Positions 15,984 through 23,475 of a stretch of DNA of 32,000 nucleotides are shown one piece after another. The notes under the pieces were generated by a model, which was given only the letters and a program-made list of their open reading frames with translations, searched no databases and was not told the origin of the DNA. The position numbers and the translations under genes are program-made. The DNA comes from Synechococcus sp. A15-24 (GTDB lineage Bacteria; Cyanobacteriota; Cyanobacteriia; PCC-6307; Cyanobiaceae): assembly GCF_014280195.1 (NCBI RefSeq), contig NZ_CP047960.1:1230001-1262000 (forward strand), written 5' to 3'. Position 1 is the stretch's first letter, and every line of letters starts with the position of its first letter.

Positions 15984-16256
15984 TCAATCTTGATCAAGCT
16001 CGTCATCTGGGACATAGAAAGGTTCATCCATTCCGGGCTCATTGTTCTGCAGAACAAAATCTTTCAAACAATCATCGCTTTCAAACACAAACAGATCGTC
16101 CTGTTCAGGATGCACACCCTGCATCTCGGGATGGCGATTCACAAGACGCGTGATCTTGCGGCGCTCCCGCACAAATCCCGATCCCTTTTCAACCAGATAA
16201 ACCATCAACGCGAGGTCGACCAAAACAAGCGTGACCATTTCCAATATCTGCATCAA
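15984..16256 (-). CDS. hypothetical small membrane-anchored acidic protein (90 aa)
   Basis: N-terminal hydrophobic helix (MVTLVLVDLALMVYLV) and an acidic C-terminus. Confidence 0.5.
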   Translation of the reverse strand: MMQILEMVTLVLVDLALMVYLVEKGSGFVRERRKITRLVNRHPEMQGVHPEQDDLFVFESDDCLKDFVLQNNEPGMDEPFYVPDDELDQD

Positions 16257-16346
16257 GCGCGAACCATCACTGAAATAACCCTAGCGAGAGAGCCATGAAT
16301 GGCACTCAGCACAAACGCCTGAAACCAACAACAAACAACTACCGGC

Positions 16347-17975
16347 TCAACGTGAACCCGCGAACCAGGGCCAGCGAAGACCCGCCGCCTCCAGGGGATC
16401 CATCACCAATTTGTTGAGGGCCCGGCCGAGCACCACCTGCGGTTCATCCGGGCGGATTGGAATCACACGGTGTTCGCCGGAGCCCGTTCCGCGCACAACC
16501 CCTCGCCGCAGCAGCGAATTGGCCGCCTCCAGGCCGCACACATAGGCCCGCTCCTGACAAAGGCCCTTGGCGCCATGCTCCCGCTCCCCCATACGCACCC
16601 AGTCGCCGGCGCACACCACCGACGCAAGCGATGTCTCCAGCGGCGGGCGTTGCTGAAAGCTGCCGGGAGAAAACAACGATACCGATGCCGGATACCGCCG
16701 CACCTCCTGATCCACCACCTGCGCATGGCGGAAGGCCGGTTGCACCTGCGGCAGCAACTGCTGCATCAAGGCATCAACGATCTCCTGATCGCTCTGCTCA
16801 GCAATGGCACTGGCGTTGTAGAAGTCGCTCGCGATCACTGACCCCTGCACCGCCTGATCCCCCCACAGGGCCTGCTCGTTGCCAGCCTGCAGTTGATCCA
16901 GCATGAAGAATGTGGCGCCGGCCCCCTTCAAGGCCGCGAAACGGGAGAAGACATTGGCGGGATCGTCAACGGCAATGGAGCGATCCAGCCACAGCCGCAC
17001 CGACACCACATCGATCGCGCCGAGTCCACCGGCCCGCGCCAGCTCCGGTGCCAAGGCAGCGCACTCCGCTGATCTGGCCATCAGAGACCCCATGCCTCGG
17101 GCCCCCACCGCCACCACCACGGAATCCACGTCGTCGATCACACCCGTCTCGCCGGTCGCCAGCGATCGCGTCTCCAGCGAGTCAATGGCACCGGTGGGGG
17201 AGACGTTCAAGCGTGAAGCAAACGTGCCGCCCAGCACCTGCAGCTGATGCGCATCGCAAAGACGGCGGCTCAGGGGCGCAAGCAGTTGCTCACCGATGCT
17301 CTTGCTCTTGATCCAGCGCACATCAAAGGAATCCTGGTGCGCCAGGGCGTAGTAATAGAGCAGCTCCATCGTCACCGCCGCCGACAGCTCCTCCGGCGGC
17401 TTGAACAGTCCCACCAGCAGGATCGGCCGCAGGAATTCGTTGATCATCCGCTCGCTGATCCGCAGTTGCCGGAACAGCGTGAGCGCATCAAGGGCGTCGT
17501 AGCGCTCGTACACCGCAGGGCTGCGGTTCAGATCGAGCATCGCCACCAGCAGTCCGGCGATGCTGAGTCGATCGGCTACCGGCAGGCGCTTGAAGTTGTG
17601 GATCGTGGCGAAGGCCTGCCCCAGCGGACTGGGCAACTGCGGGCCATCACCAAATACCGGTGCCGTGGCCTCCAACCCCTGGGGCGACCAGAAGGCACTG
17701 CTGGTGAACGGGGTGAACACATCGCTCAGCCCGAGTTCTTCGCAGAGCGCATTGATGTTGGGGTAATCCCGCCAGAACCCCCGGGTGCCGGCTTCAAACG
17801 GCTTACCGCTGGCGGTGGTCAGCGGCGTGCTGCCGGTGGGATCCGCCAGGCCATCCACCAGGGTGACGCGCACCCCGGCTTCGCAGAGCGCTTTGGCCGC
17901 ACCCCATCCACCCCAGCCGGCACCAACCACCACCACATGCGAAGGGTTGGCCGCCGATCCCCGCTGCACCGCCAT
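16347..17975 (-). CDS. NAD(P)/FAD-dependent oxidoreductase, phytoene desaturase/amine oxidase family
   Basis: 542 aa. Dinucleotide fold VVVVGAGWGGWGAAKAL..V.L.D, with the overall PDS/ZDS-like pattern. Confidence 0.9.
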   Translation of the reverse strand: MAVQRGSAANPSHVVVVGAGWGGWGAAKALCEAGVRVTLVDGLADPTGSTPLTTASGKPFEAGTRGFWRDYPNINALCEELGLSDVFTPFTSSAFWSPQGLEATAPVFGDGPQLPSPLGQAFATIHNFKRLPVADRLSIAGLLVAMLDLNRSPAVYERYDALDALTLFRQLRISERMINEFLRPILLVGLFKPPEELSAAVTMELLYYYALAHQDSFDVRWIKSKSIGEQLLAPLSRRLCDAHQLQVLGGTFASRLNVSPTGAIDSLETRSLATGETGVIDDVDSVVVAVGARGMGSLMARSAECAALAPELARAGGLGAIDVVSVRLWLDRSIAVDDPANVFSRFAALKGAGATFFMLDQLQAGNEQALWGDQAVQGSVIASDFYNASAIAEQSDQEIVDALMQQLLPQVQPAFRHAQVVDQEVRRYPASVSLFSPGSFQQRPPLETSLASVVCAGDWVRMGEREHGAKGLCQERAYVCGLEAANSLLRRGVVRGTGSGEHRVIPIRPDEPQVVLGRALNKLVMDPLEAAGLRWPWFAGSR

Positions 17976-18047
17976 GCCTGATCCCTGCCGTCGCTTCAGG
18001 CCGACAAGCTAGGCAGGGTTCATCCTGGCTCCGAAGCCGCTGCCTCG

Positions 18048-19802
18048 ATGTTGCGTGCCCTGCTGCTGATCCTCGGCCTCTGCATCAGCAGCACCGGCGC
18101 AGCCGCCGCGCCGGTGAGCCGCGACGACCCGGAATCCGCCGATCCCGGCCAAGCCGCCATCTCCACCGCCGCAGGGGATGCGGTGGTCGTCACCGCCAAT
18201 CCCCGCGCCAGCCGGGCCGCTGTGGCTGTCCTCAAGGCCGGTGGTTCGGCAGTGGATGCCCTGGTGAGCGCCCAGGCGGTGCTGGCCGTGGTGGAACCGC
18301 AGAGTTCCGGCCTGGCCGGTGGTGGTTTTCTGATGCACTGGGATGCCCGGCAGCAACAGCTGCAGGTGCTCGATGGCCGTGAGGTCGCCCCCCTGAGCAG
18401 CCGTCCAGATGATCTGCAGCAGCCCTCCGGCGAACCGCTGCCCTGGCGCGAGGCCACCAGCCGCCCGGAGGCCATCGGTGTGCCCGGCACCGTGGCCCTG
18501 CTCTGGAACGCCCATCAACAGCACGGTCGCCTGTCCTGGGCCACCACCTTTGAGCCGGCCATCCGCCTGGCCCGTGATGGGTTCCGCCCCAGCCCCCGCC
18601 TGCGCCGTTCTATCGGCATCGCCCAGCGTATCGGCGTGGACCACAGCCCGGCGTTTCAGGCGCTGTATCTGCCCGGCGGCCAACCGCCACCGGACAACAG
18701 GCCCTTCCGCAATCCGGCCCTGGCCCGCACTCTCGAACTGCTGGCCAAGGACGGCGGCCCGTCCTTCTACAAAGGCGAACTGGCCCAGCAGATCCTTGCC
18801 GGGATGGCTGCCCTGCAGGCCGAACAGCCCGACTTCCGCGGCTGGAGCCCTGCCGATCTGGCTGGGTACGCCGTTGTTCAGCGCTCACCCCTCTGCCACC
18901 GGCTGCGCAGCTACCGGCTCTGCACGGTGCCGCCACCAAGCAGCGGCGGGCTGGCGGTGTTGCAGACCCTGGCGCTTCTGAACCAGAGCAACGCATTGAG
19001 CGGCCCTGCAGATCCGCAGACCTGGCAGCTGCTGGCGCGAGCCCAGGCCTGGGCCGATGCCGATCGCCTCTACTGGGTGCACGACCCCGTGGATGGGGCC
19101 ATTCCGACAGGTCCACTGCTCGATCCCGCCTACATCCAATCCCGCGCCATTGGCCTGCAGGCCTCCCCCGCAGCTCGCCCGACTCCGGGGCTGCCCCCTG
19201 GCCTGGCGGCCTACCCCTATGCGCTGCCGGAGCAAAGCCGCGAACAGGGCACCACCCATCTGGCGATCGTCGATGGCGAGGGAAACCTCGCTGCTTACAC
19301 CAGCTCGGTAGAAACGGTCTTCGGCAGCCGCCATCTCGTGGCGGGAATGGTGCTGAACAACCAACTCACCGACTTTGCCTTCCGCCCCAGCATCAACGGT
19401 CAGCCGGTGGCCAACCGGCGCCGGCCCGGTCGTCGGCCGATGTCGTCGATGGCTCCGATGATCGTGTTCGAGCGGGGGCAACCGCTGCTGTCGGTCGGCA
19501 GTCCCGGCGGACGCAGCATCCCCCACGTGCTCAGCCGCGTGCTGCTGGCCTCTCTGATCTGGCGTGAGCCACCGGCACGGGCCGTCGGGCTGCCGCATCT
19601 GTCGCGACGCCGCAATGAGTTGGTGCTGGAACAGGATCCGCCCCTCCCCTGGCCCGTTGCCCTCGACCAACTCACTCCCGGTTATCAACCGGTCCGCCGC
19701 CAACGCCTGGGCAGCGGCACCGCCCTGCTGCAGAAGATCAACGGCCGCTGGCACGGAGCAGCCGACCCACGTCGGGAGGGAGCGGCCCTGTCAGCCGACT
19801 GA
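18048..19802 (+). CDS. ggt: gamma-glutamyltranspeptidase
   Basis: Signal peptide, SGLAGGGFLMHW, the autoprocessing site GTTHLAIVD, then MSSMAPMIV and GSPGG. Confidence 0.95.
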   Translation: MLRALLLILGLCISSTGAAAAPVSRDDPESADPGQAAISTAAGDAVVVTANPRASRAAVAVLKAGGSAVDALVSAQAVLAVVEPQSSGLAGGGFLMHWDARQQQLQVLDGREVAPLSSRPDDLQQPSGEPLPWREATSRPEAIGVPGTVALLWNAHQQHGRLSWATTFEPAIRLARDGFRPSPRLRRSIGIAQRIGVDHSPAFQALYLPGGQPPPDNRPFRNPALARTLELLAKDGGPSFYKGELAQQILAGMAALQAEQPDFRGWSPADLAGYAVVQRSPLCHRLRSYRLCTVPPPSSGGLAVLQTLALLNQSNALSGPADPQTWQLLARAQAWADADRLYWVHDPVDGAIPTGPLLDPAYIQSRAIGLQASPAARPTPGLPPGLAAYPYALPEQSREQGTTHLAIVDGEGNLAAYTSSVETVFGSRHLVAGMVLNNQLTDFAFRPSINGQPVANRRRPGRRPMSSMAPMIVFERGQPLLSVGSPGGRSIPHVLSRVLLASLIWREPPARAVGLPHLSRRRNELVLEQDPPLPWPVALDQLTPGYQPVRRQRLGSGTALLQKINGRWHGAADPRREGAALSAD

Positions 19803-19841
19803 CGAATCCCAGCAGGATGGTGTTCCACACGTGCGCTGCTG

Positions 19842-20039
19842 ATGAAGAGCTTCGAGGACACCGACCCACGCCCCTATGACCGTCACCGGTACCGGGTGCA
19901 GTTCCGCGATGGCTCGTTCAAGGACACCGGCAGCTACGCCGAAGCCACCGATCTCTGGTACTCAAGTCGTATCAAGCCTCGGGTGATTGAGGTGCTGCCC
20001 GCCACCAAACCGTCCCGCCCGCGTGGCGGCTTCGGCTGA
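19842..20039 (+). CDS. hypothetical small protein (65 aa)
   Basis: Track ORF with protein-like composition. Confidence 0.6.
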   Translation: MKSFEDTDPRPYDRHRYRVQFRDGSFKDTGSYAEATDLWYSSRIKPRVIEVLPATKPSRPRGGFG

Positions 20040-20043
20040 CGCT

Positions 20044-20208
20044 TCAGTCGAGCGAAAACTCTCCACGAAGAGCTCGCGCATCCTGAATGCGCTGCTCCTT
20101 CGCCAAAAGACGCAGCCGAGTGTTGAGCCAGAGGCGCAACCGATCGGACGACACCGATTTGTTCAGCAGCGCATCTGAGGGCTCAGGTTCACCGAAGGGA
20201 ATCGTCAC
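20044..20208 (-). CDS. hypothetical small protein (54 aa), translationally coupled to the DUF427 gene
   Basis: The GTG start overlaps the DUF427 TGA (GTGA). VTIPFGEPEPSDALLNKSVSSDRLRLWLNTRLRLLAKEQRIQDARALRGEFSLD. Confidence 0.45.
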   Translation of the reverse strand: MTIPFGEPEPSDALLNKSVSSDRLRLWLNTRLRLLAKEQRIQDARALRGEFSLD

Positions 20209-20489
20209 TGCAGCTCTACCCCTTTGCCCCGGTAGAAGGCGAAGCGTTCACGGATCGATTCCGCGTCTGGCTTGGGGGTGTCGTAAGTCCAAACGGCGTT
20301 GCGGATCACCTGATCGCCAATCACCACATCCCAGTAGCGAGCCGTGCCTTTCCATCCACAGACCGTGGCGTGATCGGACGCTCGGAACAACCCCTCTGCC
20401 ATGGCAGAGCGGGGGAAATAGGGGTTGCCATCCACCATCACGATGTCGTCGCTGTCAGCCAGCACCGTGCCGTTGAAGATCGCCTGCAT
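20205..20489 (-). CDS. DUF427 domain protein
   Basis: 94 aa. CGWKGTARYWDV and AVWTY are the DUF427 signature. Confidence 0.85.
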   Translation of the reverse strand: MQAIFNGTVLADSDDIVMVDGNPYFPRSAMAEGLFRASDHATVCGWKGTARYWDVVIGDQVIRNAVWTYDTPKPDAESIRERFAFYRGKGVELQ

Positions 20490-20542
20490 GATCTGGCACC
20501 GTCATTCATGTTCGGCCGCAGGCTAGAAAATCTGTCTCGGAA

Positions 20543-20758
20543 TCAGTTGTATTCCCCAGGCGTCTCCTGCTTGGACACCGTCACCCGCCCCACTTTGTTG
20601 CCGGAGAACCGCAGCAATTCATCGCCACCGAAGGAGTAGCCCAGCCCGCAGGCGATCTTGGCGACATCATCGGCTGTGGATGCCGCCAGCACTGACTGCT
20701 TCAGGGCTTCGTCGTCCTGCAGACGGAGCAAGAAGCCTTTCAGTTGATCGAGAGCCAT
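20543..20758 (-). CDS. Nif11-domain peptide (N11P-like, 71 aa)
   Basis: ATG 20756-20758. MALDQLKGFLLRLQDDEALKQSVLAASTADDVAKIACGLGYSFGGDELL matches the Nif11 leader domain, followed by a 19-aa Cys-free tail. The longer track start would overlap the upstream small gene. Confidence 0.75.
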   Translation of the reverse strand: MALDQLKGFLLRLQDDEALKQSVLAASTADDVAKIACGLGYSFGGDELLRFSGNKVGRVTVSKQETPGEYN

Positions 20759-20798
20759 CGCCCGCCTCAGCGCAGGGGCGTGAACCGTAAACGACGGC

Positions 20799-20975
20799 TC
20801 AGGAAGCGATCGACAGGTCCGAACCGTCATCGATCTGCAAGTGAGTCGTCAGACAAGTGGTGACACAGGTCTGGTCATGGATGTCGCAGGCACTGATGCA
20901 AACGAAATACTCATCTAGGGCTTGCCACCGTTCGCCGATGGATTGGTGTTGATGTTCCTGCTTGAGTGAGTACAT
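20799..20975 (-). CDS. hypothetical Cys-containing small protein (58 aa)
   Basis: Sub-cutoff ORF: MYSLKQEHQHQSIGERWQALDEYFVCISACDIHDQTCVTTCLTTHLQIDDGSDLSIAS. Confidence 0.5.
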   Translation of the reverse strand: MYSLKQEHQHQSIGERWQALDEYFVCISACDIHDQTCVTTCLTTHLQIDDGSDLSIAS

Positions 20976-21152
20976 CTGATTCTTGCGAGTGCGACACCTT
21001 TACGAGCAGCTTTGATGGCTCGTCAATAAAAACATTGCGGAGAATAAAATACTTAGGGAAATACTCTCAGGAAGAAATACTTATCCGGATCGTGAACAAG
21101 CCTTGCCGCCGGTTGTCATCTGGGCAACAAACCACAAGAGTGAAATCAGCGC

Positions 21153-21326
21153 ATGGACGAGGTCATGGAAATCAAAAGCCGCATCTTTGTCAACTCACAA
21201 GGTCAAACAATCGACGCAGTTGGCTACGGCCGCAACCTGGTCTGCCATCAGACCAGCTGCGTCATGGTGAAAGGCTGGCGCCAGGCCCAGACTGCCTTGA
21301 AACGCCAGGAGTCACCGATGGCATGA
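21153..21326 (+). CDS. hypothetical small protein (57 aa)
   Basis: Sub-cutoff ORF: MDEVMEIKSRIFVNSQGQTIDAVGYGRNLVCHQTSCVMVKGWRQAQTALKRQESPMA. The overlapping 225-aa track ORF is low-complexity. Confidence 0.45.
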   Translation: MDEVMEIKSRIFVNSQGQTIDAVGYGRNLVCHQTSCVMVKGWRQAQTALKRQESPMA

Positions 21327-21355
21327 GGCCCCGGCGAGCCTCCGGACGTCTGGCC

Positions 21356-21589
21356 TCAGAGGGTCTGCCAGGTGCTGGTGAGCCACTGGGGAGCAACGCT
21401 CCACCAGACTGCGACAGCCACAAAAATGGCTATCAAGCCAATGAGGCTGGTGATCAGCGTTTCTTCGCGCTGAGCATCGGACGTGACTTTTCTGACTTTG
21501 CCCAAGGATCGATCGGTCTCTGCTGTTGGTGTAGGTCGGCAGAAACCGAACGTCATCGGCGAAAACACCGACCGGTCTCTGGACGCCAA
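21356..21589 (-). CDS. hypothetical tail-anchored membrane protein
   Basis: 77-aa track ORF with a C-terminal TM helix (LITSLIGLIAIFVAVAVWW). Start uncertain. Confidence 0.4.
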   Translation of the reverse strand: MASRDRSVFSPMTFGFCRPTPTAETDRSLGKVRKVTSDAQREETLITSLIGLIAIFVAVAVWWSVAPQWLTSTWQTL

Positions 21590-21906
21590 AGAAGTCAGAG
21601 GAAGTCGAAATTGTCCTCATCATCCTCATCTTCATTGGACTGAACCCACAAAGCCGCCACAGGGAAGATCAAACATCCTGCATGAAGAATTTCCATCGAC
21701 CATAAAAGCTTTTAACAATCAGAACGTAAGTTGACTGCAGCAAGGATGTCGGTAACAACGACCCCCTTAATCACTCAACATGGTTGCGGATGATTCAAAC
21801 CCTCCCGATTAAGCAGATTCACTTAAACGGCCTGCAACGAATCATCCGATACGTTTTTATCATCGATCAAACAGATATTTGAAATGTTTATTCAACGCTT
21901 CAACCG

Positions 21907-21984
21907 ATGGAACTGTTTGCCCTGGCCATCATCGTTGGCATCAGCGGAGGCCTTGCCGCCCGCTTGACCCCACGCAAAGACTGA
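21907..21984 (+). CDS. tiny hydrophobic peptide (25 aa), speculative
   Basis: MELFALAIIVGISGGLAARLTPRKD. One TM-like segment plus a basic tail. Confidence 0.25.
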   Translation: MELFALAIIVGISGGLAARLTPRKD

Positions 21985-21987
21985 ATC

Positions 21988-22062
21988 ATGTACACCCTCA
22001 CCGCTGCCCTTGTGACCGCTGGGTTTATCGGCTTATTCATTCCAATCATTGCCCTGCTCTGA
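21988..22062 (+). CDS. tiny hydrophobic peptide (24 aa), speculative
   Basis: MYTLTAALVTAGFIGLFIPIIALL. Starts 3 nt after the previous stop. Confidence 0.25.
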   Translation: MYTLTAALVTAGFIGLFIPIIALL

Positions 22063-22088
22063 GTCATCCACATCCAGCAAGGAGAGGT

Positions 22089-22484
22089 TTAGAACCGTCC
22101 TTGCACAAGACGAAAGTCCCAATCCGTGAATGGAGCTCGCAGCTTCACCAACTCTTGATAGGCGGGGCTTTTGTAGAAATCGATGCCGTCCTGGAGGGTT
22201 TTACCCTTGCAGGCTGTCACCACCGTCAAGGGACCTCCATCACCTTCCATCAGCAAGGTGTTGCGCTGGCGAACGAGATACTCACAGCCCCACTCCTCCA
22301 TCAAGGCATCCACCTTTTCGATGTAGCCCTTCATGGCTGGGTCGGCCTTGGACGTTCCAGTCACAACTGCCATGCCGTAATTCTGCTGAGGATTCGGGAT
22401 CAGCACCCCGGCAATCAGCCCAACCGATCCGGCTGCGATGCCGACAGCCGCCGTGAGGTTGAAACGCATCGGATCAATCAGCAA
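22089..22484 (-). CDS. DUF1330 domain protein with N-terminal hydrophobic segment
   Basis: YIEKVDALMEEWGCEYLVR..LMEGDGGPLTVV..FYKSPAYQELVKLR matches the DUF1330 pattern. Confidence 0.8.
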   Translation of the reverse strand: MLIDPMRFNLTAAVGIAAGSVGLIAGVLIPNPQQNYGMAVVTGTSKADPAMKGYIEKVDALMEEWGCEYLVRQRNTLLMEGDGGPLTVVTACKGKTLQDGIDFYKSPAYQELVKLRAPFTDWDFRLVQGRF

Positions 22485-22508
22485 TGTTCCGTCATCATCG
22501 CTGGCCCG

Positions 22509-22901
22509 TCACCGTTGCCGTAGCCAGCGAAAGCTGGGCACTGCTCCTGCACTGGACCGAGTGAGCGCCAACAACAACGCACCAATCAGGGCCAGGTTCA
22601 TGAAGAAGCCGCTATCCACCGGAAACGTGTGAAAAATCAGCGTGGTGGGTACGAGAAACACCAGCAGCAGCGACGCCCCGAGCCGGGTGTTCGTTCCAAA
22701 AACAAAAACAACCGATCCCAAGATCAAACAGGTGATGGCACTGGCCAGTAGGAATCCAGCCAAGGGTTCGGCGATCCCTTTTGAAGCGATCACATCAACC
22801 GTTCCGCTGAAATCCGTCAGTTTTCCGGGAACGGCTTTGACAAACAACGCAGCCATTAAAACGCGCCCGAGCCAATCGAGCAGGATCTGAGGGGTCATCA
22901 T
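22509..22901 (-). CDS. DoxX family membrane protein
   Basis: 130 aa with 4 TM helices. LGRVLMAALFVKAVPGKL.. start and LALIGALLLL-type end. Confidence 0.85.
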   Translation of the reverse strand: MMTPQILLDWLGRVLMAALFVKAVPGKLTDFSGTVDVIASKGIAEPLAGFLLASAITCLILGSVVFVFGTNTRLGASLLLVFLVPTTLIFHTFPVDSGFFMNLALIGALLLALTRSSAGAVPSFRWLRQR

Positions 22902-23095
22902 GTCCAGTTTTTCCAGATAAAACGCTCATCCCAATCTCCCCTGACGGCCCGGATGAATGCATCCTCCGACTCATCGGTCATGAAGCAATATGCAATCACC
23001 TTGTTGTCGTCGTCTTTGATCGCCAGAACATCATCCGCCGGCGGTGACGTGGCTGACGAGAAAATTTTGCCGTCTCTCAGGATGAAGCGATGCAT
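22898..23095 (-). CDS. hypothetical small protein (65 aa)
   Basis: Track ORF with ATGA overlap onto the DoxX gene. Confidence 0.6.
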   Translation of the reverse strand: MHRFILRDGKIFSSATSPPADDVLAIKDDDNKVIAYCFMTDESEDAFIRAVRGDWDERFIWKNWT

Positions 23096-23237
23096 CGTCT
23101 TCAGACGGGAATTTCTTCAACCTAGCCACGCAAATCCAACGTAAATGTGACGACTCAAACCAAAGCATTCGTCATGGCGCCCTGTCAGAGCTGGACAACG
23201 CGATACCGGGGGACTAAGACAGAAATGTCGTCACCAC

Positions 23238-23284
23238 GACACAGGCCATGGAACGGGGGTCTGGGCTTGCTTCCCTTGGATGCG
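23238..23284 (+). promoter_or_regulatory. probable glutamine-II riboswitch (Downstream-peptide motif), copy A
   Basis: The block AGGCCATGGAACGGGGgtCTGgGCTTGCTTC matches 28 of 31 nt with the copy at 29841-29871. Stem 23240-23245 pairs with 23260-23265. Lies immediately 5' of a short YRG-motif ORF. Confidence 0.6.
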
Positions 23285-23461
23285 ATGACAACCATGGTTT
23301 GGATTGGATCAGCTTTTGGCCCTCAGGATCGTGAGGCCGCCAAACGTGAGGCGCTGGTACGGCGTCTTGAGTCAGCCTTAGCAGGTCCTGATGGGCAGCA
23401 CTCGGCCCAATACCGCGGCACGGCATACCTGCGCCGAAACGGCTTTTCGGCTGTGCGCTGA
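23285..23461 (+). CDS. short YRG-motif peptide (58 aa; DUF4278-like downstream peptide)
   Basis: ATG 23285 in frame with track ORF 23147-23461. Contains ..AQYRGTAYLRRNG... Sits directly after the riboswitch-like leader. Confidence 0.6.
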   Translation: MTTMVWIGSAFGPQDREAAKREALVRRLESALAGPDGQHSAQYRGTAYLRRNGFSAVR

Positions 23462-23475
23462 CCGATCAGGCCGCA

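Noticed and set aside
16457-19754. Long ORFs antisense to or overlapping the FAD oxidoreductase and GGT genes (e.g. 17247-17981 +, 18009-18683 -, 18885-19754 -, 16457-16906 +)
   Set aside because: They are Arg/Pro/Gly/Ala-rich with no motifs, and lie entirely opposite or out of frame to genes with unambiguous family signatures. These are typical high-GC shadow ORFs.
20543-20758. Interpreting the Nif11 peptide as a prochlorosin/lanthipeptide precursor
   Set aside because: The C-terminal tail has no Cys. There is no double-glycine site at the end of a full-length leader. No LanM-type enzyme or peptidase-transporter is in the window.
20966-21643. 225-aa plus-strand ORF across the AT-rich islet
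   Set aside because: It is low-complexity (Ser/Arg runs, SSSSSS tail) and overlaps better small ORFs on both strands (21153-21326 and 21356-21589).
21879-22523. 214-aa plus-strand ORF
   Set aside because: It is antisense to the DUF1330 gene, His/Pro/Arg-rich, and covers the two tiny hydrophobic ORFs in another frame.
23141-23154. NtcA-like site GTAaatgtgacGAC upstream of riboswitch copy A
   Set aside because: The half-site is imperfect (GAC instead of TAC) and there is no supporting -10 element. This is too weak to call.
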